64,000 nt of DNA. It comes from Candidatus Fervidifonticultor sextus (GTDB taxonomy: Bacteria > Sysuimicrobiota > Sysuimicrobiia > Sysuimicrobiales > Humicultoraceae). Location: positions 1 to 64,000 of the forward strand of contig JAVKHQ010000002.1 of the NCBI GenBank assembly GCA_031459875.1, in the 5' to 3' direction. Below the pieces are notes generated by a model. That model made no database searches. It worked only from the letters and a program-made list of their open reading frames with translations, and was not told the origin of the DNA. Numbering within the stretch: the stretch's first letter is position 1; each line of letters starts with the position of its first letter. A program made the translations under genes and the position numbers. Below are positions 9,759-18,848 of the stretch, piece after piece.

Positions 9759-11453
9759 CTAGAAGGAAAACCGCTCCTGCCAGTTCCTCACCTGCACCGG
9801 ACCGGTCGGGTTGAGGAAGATCCTCCGCGCCCATCCAGGAAGGTAGGTGGTGAGGTCCGGCATCTGCCAGAAGTCCGGCACCTGCCCCAGACACATCTCC
9901 CTGGTCATCAGGATCCCGTACCACTGGAGCTTCCGCCGGATCAGGACGTGCGCGCCGGGGCAGCCTGATGCCGGCGCCGGGCTGAGCGGCGGGGCGTTGC
10001 GGTCGCCTATGACCGCCACGACGTTCATCTCCTGCGCGCACGCGTTGGCGTTCACGTCAGTGTAGGCACTCCCGTTCACGAGAAACATGAGCAGATCAGG
10101 GCTGTTGGGATACGAGGGGTTGACCCGGGCGTACGTGGACTGCGGGTTGTCTACCCCGGGCGTCCCCTGGCACGGCGACACCCTGGCCCGGATCGTGCGC
10201 CCTGCGCTGGTGCTCCCGTTGCAGAGGCCGTTCCCGTTCAAGTCCAGCGCGCAGAGCGACTGCGGGGTCAGTTGGCTGGGGGTCGTGGCGCCAGGCTGGC
10301 TGGCGATCACCACCGTCCCCCGGCCTTCGTACCGGATGTCCCGACCGACCCGCACCTGGCCCGGCACATAAACGGGCTGGGCATCATTCCGCAGCACCAG
10401 CGGCACCAAGGGGTCCTGTGCATCCCACATGAGCATGTACTGCCCGCCGCTGCGCACCTGCGACACCGTCACCGCCGCCGGCGGACAGGGAGGGTTGGCC
10501 GTGCGCAAGGGCAGGAAGAATGTCGCCGGCTCCGTCGTGCCGGTCAGGTCCAGGTCATTCACATATTCGGTCACCCAGGCGCCGCCCTGCCTCCGGCAGC
10601 GCACCATCCGTGCCGTGCCGCCTCCCAGGTCGAGGTCCAGCAGGTTCCCCCGGTCGACAAGCGCCCGACGGGTTTCCTCGATGACGTTGGGGTAGAACGG
10701 CGGGGGCACAGTGCCGTCGAGATTGGACGGCGTGAAGTTGTTGCCCCCGCCGATGATGTTGCCAGCCACGTGCACCCAGTAGTACGGGGTGCCGATCGTC
10801 GGGTTTCCCTGCGTGAGATCCAGGTTGCCCCGCACGTACAGGTGGTTGAGGAAGTTCGGCGCATCGCTGAGGGAGACGTACCGGTCATTGAAGATCCCCG
10901 CCTGCGCACCGCCCCGGAGGATGAGGTCGCCTTCGAAGTAGGCCGAGCCGTGGATCTGCAGGCTTCCACCACCGCTGATCCTGGTGATGTCCACCGTCAG
11001 GACAGAGTAGGTCACGAAATCCGCGCCCGAGAGCCGATGGAGGACGAACTCCACCGCCCTGGTGGCACCGCGGACCGTGCCGGTCGACCGCACCATGATG
11101 TTGGCCCCCGGGTCCTGGGCCGTCGGGCGAAGGGAGACGGTGAATCGTCCGGTGGGTGCCGCACCCGACGCGGGATCGGGGAAGGGCACATCCTGGTATG
11201 TCGTGACATTGTCGCTCCAGTCGGCGTCGTTGCGCAGGAGCGCGATGGCCCATTCGGCGCCGGCCTCGGCGGCGAGGAACGCCTGTGTTGATCGGTCGAG
11301 GGCCGCCGCGGCCGAATACTCGGAGAGGGCCAGGTTCGTGAGCGCCACCGAAATCAGCGCCAGGACCATCACCACTACCAGCGCGATCATCATGGCCATG
11401 CCGGACTCGGCGCGGGACCTGGCTGCAACCGTTCGACGAAGTGCGGCACGCAC
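9759..11453 (-). CDS. Large PilX/ComZ-like type IV pilin-family protein (cassette 1)
   Basis: AESG|MAMMIALVVVMVL, QAFLAAEAGAEWA PilX motif, C-terminal VRNWQE. Confidence 0.85.
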   Translation of the reverse strand: MRAALRRTVAARSRAESGMAMMIALVVVMVLALISVALTNLALSEYSAAAALDRSTQAFLAAEAGAEWAIALLRNDADWSDNVTTYQDVPFPDPASGAAPTGRFTVSLRPTAQDPGANIMVRSTGTVRGATRAVEFVLHRLSGADFVTYSVLTVDITRISGGGSLQIHGSAYFEGDLILRGGAQAGIFNDRYVSLSDAPNFLNHLYVRGNLDLTQGNPTIGTPYYWVHVAGNIIGGGNNFTPSNLDGTVPPPFYPNVIEETRRALVDRGNLLDLDLGGGTARMVRCRRQGGAWVTEYVNDLDLTGTTEPATFFLPLRTANPPCPPAAVTVSQVRSGGQYMLMWDAQDPLVPLVLRNDAQPVYVPGQVRVGRDIRYEGRGTVVIASQPGATTPSQLTPQSLCALDLNGNGLCNGSTSAGRTIRARVSPCQGTPGVDNPQSTYARVNPSYPNSPDLLMFLVNGSAYTDVNANACAQEMNVVAVIGDRNAPPLSPAPASGCPGAHVLIRRKLQWYGILMTREMCLGQVPDFWQMPDLTTYLPGWARRIFLNPTGPVQVRNWQERFSF

Positions 11454-11464
11454 GGCATTCCTCC

Positions 11465-12109
11465 CTACTGGCCCGGGCGAATGTACACCTCAGAGCTCAT
11501 CGAGAACACGGCGGCGGACTGCTGCCCACGGGCCTGAATGGTGACCAGCACCCGGCGGATGCGGGCCCGCGTGAGGGGGTCGGTGACAGGACGGGCAAGT
11601 TCGACCCCGCCCCCCGGGCTGCCGTCAAAGTACCTCAGGTCCAGTGACACGATGGCGAGGCTCCTGGCCTCGACGTTCGCCGTGAGGGGCTGTCCGCTGC
11701 CGGTGCTGCAGTCGGGGACCGCAGGCACCTCCGTCATGTTGGCGTAGACGACCTCGTCGCTGGTGTTCCGGTAGATCCGGTAGCACTCCACCCGGCCGTC
11801 GCCGTTCGTGTCCCCGTAGAAGACAATTTCGGTCGCGCCCGCCACGGCCACGTGGGCGCCCGCGTAGCCGTTTCCGGCCGCGCGGATGCGCCTGACGGTC
11901 CAGTCGAGAACCAGTCGGGCGTTGTGCTGCTCGCCGCTGAACTGCTGTGCCGTCGTCCAGGCCGTCAGCGACCCCTTGAACCCGGCGAAGATCCCGCCGG
12001 TCGCAATCGCCAGGATGGAGAGCCCCACGACGACATCGGTGAGCACCGCGCCGCGCATCCCGGCCAGGCCTGCGCGGGGCAACACGGGGACGGTCCTTCC
12101 GCGGATCAT
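11465..12109 (-). CDS. PilW-like minor pilin (cassette 1)
   Basis: MRG|AVLTDVVVGLSIL, QHNARLVLDWTVRRIRAAG, C-terminal SEVYIRP. Confidence 0.75.
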   Translation of the reverse strand: MIRGRTVPVLPRAGLAGMRGAVLTDVVVGLSILAIATGGIFAGFKGSLTAWTTAQQFSGEQHNARLVLDWTVRRIRAAGNGYAGAHVAVAGATEIVFYGDTNGDGRVECYRIYRNTSDEVVYANMTEVPAVPDCSTGSGQPLTANVEARSLAIVSLDLRYFDGSPGGGVELARPVTDPLTRARIRRVLVTIQARGQQSAAVFSMSSEVYIRPGQ

Positions 12110-12594
12110 CGCGTGGCCACCCCGGTGTGGGCGACGGTGAACGGCGCCGCGCCGTCGAGATCGCTGCAGGCAACCCGATAGAGCTCCACGGTCAGGAGGC
12201 GGACCGCCGAGGGATCGGCGCCGCTGCCCGCTGCGTCCCAGTCCCGCAGCAGGATCCGCCCGCACGAGAAGTCGCCGGGGAGGGCCGGCGCCTGCGCGTA
12301 GGGACCGGGCGAGGCCGGGACGCGGAAATCACAGGGAACGGTGGGGCAGGCGGCGTCCAGCTGCGCAAACCCCAGCTTGCGCGTGTGCTCGGTGACCGCC
12401 TGCACCCAGACGGTGGCCTGCGTGCGCAGCCGCGCGCCCTGCTGTTCGTCGCTGTTCCCCCTGCCGATCAGGCGCAGAGTCCCGACGATGACGCGCCCCG
12501 TGAACACGACGACCATCACGATCAAGAGCGACGCGATGAGCACCTCGAGGGTGGTGAAGCCCGCATGCTGCCGTCTGCACGGTGTCCGGCCCAT
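12106..12594 (-). CDS. PilV-like minor pilin (cassette 1)
   Basis: HAG|FTTLEVLIASLLI. Confidence 0.75.
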   Translation of the reverse strand: MGRTPCRRQHAGFTTLEVLIASLLIVMVVVFTGRVIVGTLRLIGRGNSDEQQGARLRTQATVWVQAVTEHTRKLGFAQLDAACPTVPCDFRVPASPGPYAQAPALPGDFSCGRILLRDWDAAGSGADPSAVRLLTVELYRVACSDLDGAAPFTVAHTGVATR

Positions 12595-12619
12595 CGTATC
12601 GTCGACTCCTCTTGGTAGG

Positions 12620-13177
12620 TTAGCGCCCTACTGTGACCCGGCCGGTCATGGGGGCGATCGCCACGCGATAGGACCTCCCCCCCAGGGTCAACGTGACGGC
12701 CTGGGGTGCGCCTCCGCTGAGTGACTGCGGGGCTCCCGATCCGGCGAAGATGACGGCCCGCCGCGTGGCGTCGATCTGGCACGGACCCGACACAGCCGGA
12801 GGCACCGCAACGTTGATGCCGGCGGCGTACTCCTGGCCTGCGTTCGCCACCTTGATGGTGGCCCCGACCTGCACCTGGGCCGGATCCTGTTCGATCGGAT
12901 CGACGTAGTCCACGGCGTAGATGTCGTACCCGTTCTGACGAAAGCACACTTCTACGCGCGGCCCGCGTCCGGCCCTCGAGACGGCCGTCTGCTGGGCCAG
13001 GCGGAGGTCGGCCTGGATCAGGTGGGCAGCATTCTGGAGGGAGCGATCGGCGAGGTAGCCGAGGTAGAGGGGCACCGAGAGCCCGACCAGGACGGCCAGC
13101 AGGGCGACAGCCACCACGGCCTCGAGCAAAGCAAATCCGCGGGGCTTCACGCTCGACTCCACCACCGGCCGCCCCAT
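12620..13177 (-). CDS. FimT/GspH-like minor pilin (cassette 1)
   Basis: PRG|FALLEAVVAVALL, LIQADLRLAQQTAVS, C-terminal IAPMTGRVTV. Confidence 0.8.
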   Translation of the reverse strand: MGRPVVESSVKPRGFALLEAVVAVALLAVLVGLSVPLYLGYLADRSLQNAAHLIQADLRLAQQTAVSRAGRGPRVEVCFRQNGYDIYAVDYVDPIEQDPAQVQVGATIKVANAGQEYAAGINVAVPPAVSGPCQIDATRRAVIFAGSGAPQSLSGGAPQAVTLTLGGRSYRVAIAPMTGRVTVGR

Positions 13178-13194
13178 CCTCCATCCATCGCCCA

Positions 13195-13234
13195 GAAACA
13201 AGCGAAGAGGGCTCAACGTCCCTCGCCCTCTTCG
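13195..13234 (-). terminator. Intrinsic terminator, expression platform of the second riboswitch
   Basis: Minus strand CGAAGAGGGC...GCCCTCTTCG followed by CTTGTTTC. Confidence 0.65.
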
Positions 13235-13312
13235 GCAGTCCAGCCGACCAGGCGGTGCCTGGCCCTGAAACTTTGCGCCCCGCGGATCGCTCCGGGGTAG
13301 CCTTTGTCGGAG
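13228..13312 (-). ncRNA. c-di-GMP-I (GEMM) riboswitch
   Basis: Minus strand CTCCGACAAAGGCTACCCCGGA-GCGA-TCCGCGGGGCGCAAAGTTTCAGGGCC...GGCTGGACTGCCGAAGAG; a clear paralog of 9486-9571. Confidence 0.85.
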
Positions 13313-13496
13313 GCCAAACCCGTCTATCTCTCCGAGTGCCCGAATCTCCCGCACTTCAGACTACCAGAGTCGTCCGGCAGCCGGCATCGTCCGCCGGGGG
13401 GATTCTGCCCTACCCCTTCGGACAGCGCCACTGCCGCCTGCAGACCTGCCGTCCGGCACCCTCCCTGGAAGTTCGCGCCGACGACCCGACCCGGGG

Positions 13497-14951
13497 TCAC
13501 GGATCGGCCGCCGCAGCCGGAACCGCCACGGTCCCCTCCCACGACTGGCCGCTGGTCGTGCCCAGGGCGTCCCCGGAGCCGGGGCCCGCCGCGGGGTGTG
13601 CGCGCAGCACCCACAGGCGCATCAGCACCACGTACAGGATGATGGCCGTCGGAACCGACACCAGCCAGGAGTAGCGCAGGAAGATCACGCCCAGCACCGA
13701 GGCGACCGCATGGGCCACGTACGCCGCCGGGTTGATCCCGCCCCTGTAGGTGTAGGGCCCGTCGTACCGGAAGAGCCCCGGGACGTTCAGACGTCGCCGG
13801 CGGACGACATAGTAGTCGGCCAGCATGACCCCGGCGACCGGCGAGAGCGCGGCGCCCACCGACGGTAGGTAGGTCAAGAACGCGCTCACCAGCCGCCAGG
13901 GCATGACCGCGACCAGCCCGATGGTCCCGCCGATGAGCACGCCGCGGGCGAAACTGATGCGCGGCGCAAAGACGCTGCTCAACACGTAGCCCGGCGCGTA
14001 GAGGTTGGCGGCGACGTTCGTCGAGAGCTGGGCCAGCAGGATGATGACCAGACCCACCAGGACCATCAACCCGCCCAGGGCCGCGCCGATCGCCTCGACG
14101 GGGTTGCCGTACCCCGTGAAGACCTTCCCGAAGTACCCCACCGACGCAAAGAGCATCATGCCCAGCGTCAGGCCCGGGAGCTGGCCCAGCAGGCTGTGGC
14201 GGTTGCGGGCGAGGAACCCGCGCGCGCCCGGGGTGGTCCGCACGAACCGCGTGAAGTCCGGGATGTTGTCGGCGACGGTGATCCAGTAGGACAGGTTCGC
14301 CGTCACCGCGGCCCAGAACGGCAGCGGCTGGATGATGGGGAAGTGCAGCACCTCTGCCCACCCGCGCTGCGACCCGAGGAGGTAGACCACCCACCCCGAC
14401 AGCAGCAGCAGCGCCGGCGCCGCCAGGTTCTCCACCAGTTTGATGCCGTGGATGCCGCGCATGGTGATCCAGATCTGGAGGGCCCCGAACGTCCAGTACC
14501 AGAGCCACCAGTTGGAGTACCCGGTCAGCAGCCTGACCGAGAGGTCGATGGCGGTGGCCCCGAAGTAGGTCTGAATGGCGAACCAGCAGACCGCCACCCC
14601 CGCGCGCAGCAGCGACGGTAGCCAGGCGCCGCGGACGCCGTAGGCCGCGCGGAGGTAGACCGCGTAGGTCACCCCGTGCTCAATGCCGATATCGCCGTTG
14701 AGGACGGACACAACGCCCACGACGAGGTTGCCCACCGCGATGGCCAGCAGGGCGTCTGTCAGGGAGAGCCGGCCGGCGAAAGAGGCCCCCAGCAGGAACA
14801 CCCCCATCTGGGCCACCATCCCGAACCACAGCCAGATGAAGTCCAGCCAGCCGATGACCCGCTGGGCGGGCCGGGTGGGCAGGATGTCCCGGTGGACGAG
14901 GGTCCCCTCCGCCCGCACGGGGGCGGAGGGGACCGCCGCATCCAGACTCAC
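13497..14951 (-). CDS. NCS1 family nucleobase/allantoin:cation symporter
   Basis: About 12 hydrophobic segments; WFAIQT, NIPDFTRF, STNVAAN, ADYYVVRR. Confidence 0.9.
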   Translation of the reverse strand: MSLDAAVPSAPVRAEGTLVHRDILPTRPAQRVIGWLDFIWLWFGMVAQMGVFLLGASFAGRLSLTDALLAIAVGNLVVGVVSVLNGDIGIEHGVTYAVYLRAAYGVRGAWLPSLLRAGVAVCWFAIQTYFGATAIDLSVRLLTGYSNWWLWYWTFGALQIWITMRGIHGIKLVENLAAPALLLLSGWVVYLLGSQRGWAEVLHFPIIQPLPFWAAVTANLSYWITVADNIPDFTRFVRTTPGARGFLARNRHSLLGQLPGLTLGMMLFASVGYFGKVFTGYGNPVEAIGAALGGLMVLVGLVIILLAQLSTNVAANLYAPGYVLSSVFAPRISFARGVLIGGTIGLVAVMPWRLVSAFLTYLPSVGAALSPVAGVMLADYYVVRRRRLNVPGLFRYDGPYTYRGGINPAAYVAHAVASVLGVIFLRYSWLVSVPTAIILYVVLMRLWVLRAHPAAGPGSGDALGTTSGQSWEGTVAVPAAAADP

Positions 14952-14952
14952 C

Positions 14953-16491
14953 TCACCTGCCCCCGGCGACGGGGACCGGGACCGGCGCCTCGCCGCGCTC
15001 GGTCTGTGCGAACCCGACGCAGACCGCCGCCAGCAGCAGGTAGCCCAGCGCGATGACCGGCTGCTGCGCCCATCCGAGTTGCGTGCCGTGGATGAAGCCG
15101 AAGAACGAGAGGACGGCGGCCGCGACCGCGTAGCCCGCCGCCGCCAGGTACCGGCGGTCGATCAGGAACGCGCCGATGGCGCCCAGGACCATCCCGCCGA
15201 TGATGGCGCCGCCGCCGAGCAACTGCATCCCCTGGTAGAGCACGCCGTTGTTGGCCAGTTTGTCCAGCCCGACCTGGGCGGCGTTCGTGCCGGCCGCCGC
15301 CAGCGCTCCGTCGATCTGCACCTGCCCCCAGGCGGCGATGTGCGGGAGCAGGGCCAGCACCACCGCCGGCGCGTGCTGCCGGGGGGTGGCCTGGAACGCC
15401 TGCGCGCCGATCAGCGCGCCGATGTAGATCAGGATGGGCAGGATCGCCACCAGCGGGATGATCCGCAGGAGGATGGGCACGATGCCGAAGAAGCACAGCA
15501 CGGCCACCACGATGCCGGTGGCCAGCGAATAGCCGATGCGGCCGCCGATGGCCTTCCAGCCCGGGTGCCCGATGTAGACGGCGGTGGGGAAGGGGCTGCC
15601 CATAACGACGCCGGCCAGCGTCCCCACGCCGTCCACCAGGCAGACCTCGGCGGGATTGTACTCGTCCCCGGCCGCGGCGGCGCTCTCGACGTTGTCGATG
15701 GCTTCCATGAAGTTGTAGATGCCGAAGGGAATCGCCGTCACCAGCAGCGGAGCCACCTGGGCGAAGCCCTTGATGAGGGGGTCGAACTCGAAGAAGGGAA
15801 GCCTGGGGCTGAAGTTCTGCACGGCCTCCAGCAACGGGCCGGGCTTCATGATCCCGAAGACCCACCCCAGCACGGTGCCGACGACGATGGCGAAGAGGCC
15901 GGCGGGCAGGCCGCCCGGCAGCCTGGCGTTGCCGAACCAGGCCGCCAGGACGATGCCCAGCGAGATGAACCCGATCCACGGCAGGTCCCAGGTCTGGAAG
16001 GCCGGCCGCATGGAGATGAAGGCGATGGAGATCCCGGCCAGCGTGCCCAGCATCGCCGCGCGCGGCGTGTACTTGCGGATGGATCTGCCGAAGACCCCGC
16101 CCAGGGCCTCGATGATCCCCTCGATGAACGCCCAGGCCAGCCCCGCCTGCCAGGCCAGGATGGGATCGTTGGTCTTGATGTAGACGGGCAGCATGATGAC
16201 CAGGACGACGATGAACATGTGCGGGACACTGGGGCCGTAGGGCAGGGCGGTGACGTCCAGACGGTTCTCCTTCCGCGCCAGCCGCCGCGCCATGTGCGCA
16301 TAGTAGATGTTGCCGATGATGAGCGACAGCCCCACGGCCGGGACGATCCGCCCGAACACGATGCTGTCGGGCAACTTGAGCACGAACACCATCAGGCTGG
16401 TGAGCACCAGGATGTTGAGCACGCTGTTGGTGCCCAGCCCGAAGAAGGCATCCCAGTCCCCGCGGGTCCACCACGGTATGCGTTGCTGCAC
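14953..16491 (-). CDS. NCS2/AzgA-like (xanthine/uracil-type) permease
   Basis: GDWDAFFG, TALPYGPSVPHMF, GSPFPTAVYIGHPGWK; highly hydrophobic. Confidence 0.75.
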   Translation of the reverse strand: MQQRIPWWTRGDWDAFFGLGTNSVLNILVLTSLMVFVLKLPDSIVFGRIVPAVGLSLIIGNIYYAHMARRLARKENRLDVTALPYGPSVPHMFIVVLVIMLPVYIKTNDPILAWQAGLAWAFIEGIIEALGGVFGRSIRKYTPRAAMLGTLAGISIAFISMRPAFQTWDLPWIGFISLGIVLAAWFGNARLPGGLPAGLFAIVVGTVLGWVFGIMKPGPLLEAVQNFSPRLPFFEFDPLIKGFAQVAPLLVTAIPFGIYNFMEAIDNVESAAAAGDEYNPAEVCLVDGVGTLAGVVMGSPFPTAVYIGHPGWKAIGGRIGYSLATGIVVAVLCFFGIVPILLRIIPLVAILPILIYIGALIGAQAFQATPRQHAPAVVLALLPHIAAWGQVQIDGALAAAGTNAAQVGLDKLANNGVLYQGMQLLGGGAIIGGMVLGAIGAFLIDRRYLAAAGYAVAAAVLSFFGFIHGTQLGWAQQPVIALGYLLLAAVCVGFAQTERGEAPVPVPVAGGR

Positions 16492-16531
16492 GCCTGCCCA
16501 CCTCCCCTCGTGATGTGAACGTCTCGGCGGC

Positions 16532-17221
16532 CTACGCGGTCCTGGCGCGCACGCCCTCCAGCGCCCGGAGCAGAGCGGCGGAGTCGGACACCCACCCGAA
16601 GATCCCGCCCTGGGCCTTGATCATCTTGATCGCCGCGTCCTGGAACTCCGGGAAGTAGGAGGCCACGCAGTCCTCCAGCACCAGGCACTCGAAGCCTCGA
16701 TCGTTGGCCTCGCGCACCGTGGTGTGGACGCACACCTCGGTGGTCACGCCGCAGACGATCAGGCTGCGGATCCCCCGCTCCCGCAGGATCAACTCCAGAT
16801 CCGTGGCGTAGAACGAGCCCTTGCCCGGCTTGTCGATAACCGGCTCGCCGGGCCGCGGGGCCAGTTCCGGGATGATGTCGTGGCCGGGCTCGCCCCGGAT
16901 CAACACCCGGCCCATCGGGCCGGGATCCCCGATCCCCACCTTCAGCCGGCCGCGGGCCTTCTTGGTCGGCGGGAGGTCGCTGAGGTCCGGGCGGTGCCCC
17001 TCGCGCGTGTGGATCACCATCATCCCCCGGGCGCGGACGGCATCCAGGACGCGGCGGGTGGGGGCGACCGCGCGGCGCAGCGGGGTGACGTCGTTCCCCA
17101 GCATCTCGCCGAACCCGCCGGGTTCCACGAAGTCGCGCTGCATGTCGATGACCAGCAGCGCGGTGGTGGCCGGGTCGAACTCGAATGGGTAGGGCTCCGC
17201 GGGCACGCTCACATGCGGCAT
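16532..17221 (-). CDS. Isochorismatase-family cysteine hydrolase, triuret/biuret amidohydrolase-like
   Basis: [29 protein letters not shown] (Asp-Lys-Cys triad), REANDRG, QGGIFG. Confidence 0.85.
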   Translation of the reverse strand: MPHVSVPAEPYPFEFDPATTALLVIDMQRDFVEPGGFGEMLGNDVTPLRRAVAPTRRVLDAVRARGMMVIHTREGHRPDLSDLPPTKKARGRLKVGIGDPGPMGRVLIRGEPGHDIIPELAPRPGEPVIDKPGKGSFYATDLELILRERGIRSLIVCGVTTEVCVHTTVREANDRGFECLVLEDCVASYFPEFQDAAIKMIKAQGGIFGWVSDSAALLRALEGVRARTA

Positions 17222-17922
17222 CCTCCATCCCCCCTCTCGCGCAGGTACACCGCGGCCAGCAGCTCCTTGACGGCGTTGACGACGTTGGCCTTGCTCTCCA
17301 GGATGTGGGCCTGCATGGCGCCGCTCGCCCCTGCGGCATCGCCGGTGGCGATCAGCCTGACGATGCCCGCGTGCTGGGCGTAGGTCGTGCGGATGCGATC
17401 CGGATTGGTGAAGTCCTTGGCGCGGACGGCGCGGATGCGCTCGTTCACCATCCGCAGGTACTCCAGAAGCGCCCGGTTCCCGCCGGCCTCGGCCACGGCC
17501 AGATGGAATCCCTCGTCCAGTTCGAGCATGGTGTCGGGAGACGGCAGGGGATCGGGGACCCTCGCCCAGCGCCTCGCGAGGGCCTCCCAGTCGGCGCCCC
17601 GCCCCCGCTCGGTGGCCAGCGTCACCGCGAAGGCCTCCAGGGCCACCCGGACCTCGTACAGTTCCTCAACCTCCGGCAGGTTGATCTCCCGCACGTAGTA
17701 GCCCCGGCGCGGGACGGCTCGGATCAGCCCGGCCTGGACCAGCCGCTTGCACGCCTCGCGGATCGGAGTCCGGCTGGCATGCCACTGCCGCGCCAGATCT
17801 TCTTCCAGCAACCGCTCACCCGGCCGCAGGTCGAAGCGCACGATCCGTCCCTTCAGATCGTCGAAGATCCGGTCGGCGAGCAGCACCGCTGCGTGTGAGC
17901 GTGGCACGGGCCGGCTGCGCAT
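17209..17922 (-). CDS. GntR-family regulator (FCD domain)
   Basis: [13 protein letters not shown]...SRTPIREA wHTH; FCD motifs FHLAV and QHAGI. Confidence 0.9.
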   Translation of the reverse strand: MRSRPVPRSHAAVLLADRIFDDLKGRIVRFDLRPGERLLEEDLARQWHASRTPIREACKRLVQAGLIRAVPRRGYYVREINLPEVEELYEVRVALEAFAVTLATERGRGADWEALARRWARVPDPLPSPDTMLELDEGFHLAVAEAGGNRALLEYLRMVNERIRAVRAKDFTNPDRIRTTYAQHAGIVRLIATGDAAGASGAMQAHILESKANVVNAVKELLAAVYLRERGDGGCRM

Positions 17923-17928
17923 TCAATC

Positions 17929-17950
17929 CCGTATACACCTTTGCATACGC
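17929..17950. promoter_or_regulatory. Possible GntR operator (GTATAC / GCATAC boxes)
   Basis: CCGTATACACCTTTGCATACGC immediately upstream of the GntR gene. Confidence 0.3.
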
Positions 17951-18014
17951 CACTGGGCCAGAAAATCCTCCCACCCGCGCAGGTCCCCTCCCCGGCGGGA
18001 CGGTCCGGACCGGA

Positions 18015-18845
18015 TCAGCTCCGCACGCCGCGCAGCCGCGCGTCGAGGGCGTCGCGCAGCCCGTCGCCCAGAAAGTTGAACCCCATCACCACCGTGAAGA
18101 TCGCCAGACCCGGAAACGTCCCGATCCACCACTCGAAGAACTTCAGACGGCCGGCGGCGACCATGGAGCCCCACTCGGGCGTCGGCGGCACGGCGCCCAG
18201 CCCTACGAACGACAGCGCCGCGGCGATGATGATGACGTTGCCCACATCGAGGCTGGCCTTGACCAGGGCCAGCGACACGGTGTTGGGCAGAATGTGCCGC
18301 CAGAGGATCCGCCAGTCGGTCACGCCGATGGCCCGCGCGGCCGTCACGTACTCGGTCTCGCGGATGCCCAGCACCTGGCCCCGGACGAGGCGCGCGTACT
18401 CCGGCCACAGCACCAGGACGATGGCCAGCAGGGCGTTGCGCAGGCCGGGCCCCAGCGATGTGGTGATCGCCATGGCCAGGATCAGCGCCGGAAAGGCCAG
18501 CACGGCGTCACAGACCCGCATGATCCCCTCGTCCACGAGGCCGCCGGCAAACCCGGCCACGATGCCCAGCGACGTCCCCAGCACCGCGGTGGCCGCCACC
18601 ACGCCGATCGCGGTGGGGATGGACAGCCGCGCTCCGTAGAGGACCCGGCTCAGCACGTCGCGGCCGAGTTCGTCGGTCCCGAGAGGATACCGGCCGCCGG
18701 GAGGCGACAATCGGTCCTCGAGGTGCTGATCCACCGGCGAGTGGGGGGCCAGCCAGGGGGCCAGGAGCGCGGCCGCCACCCAGCACAGGACGATGACCAG
18801 GCCGATGAGGCTCGCGCGGCTGCGGTGGACTTCCCGAAGCAGCAT
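18015..18845 (-). CDS. Peptide/nickel ABC transporter permease (DppC-like)
   Basis: PLGTDELGRDVLSR, EYVTAARAIG, GDGLRDALD. Confidence 0.92.
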   Translation of the reverse strand: MLLREVHRSRASLIGLVIVLCWVAAALLAPWLAPHSPVDQHLEDRLSPPGGRYPLGTDELGRDVLSRVLYGARLSIPTAIGVVAATAVLGTSLGIVAGFAGGLVDEGIMRVCDAVLAFPALILAMAITTSLGPGLRNALLAIVLVLWPEYARLVRGQVLGIRETEYVTAARAIGVTDWRILWRHILPNTVSLALVKASLDVGNVIIIAAALSFVGLGAVPPTPEWGSMVAAGRLKFFEWWIGTFPGLAIFTVVMGFNFLGDGLRDALDARLRGVRS

Positions 18846-18848
18846 CGC

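Noticed and set aside
9486..13312. Riboswitches as c-AMP-GMP (GEMM-Ib) variants
   Set aside because: By manual alignment both keep G at the G20-equivalent position; not fully excluded without binding data.
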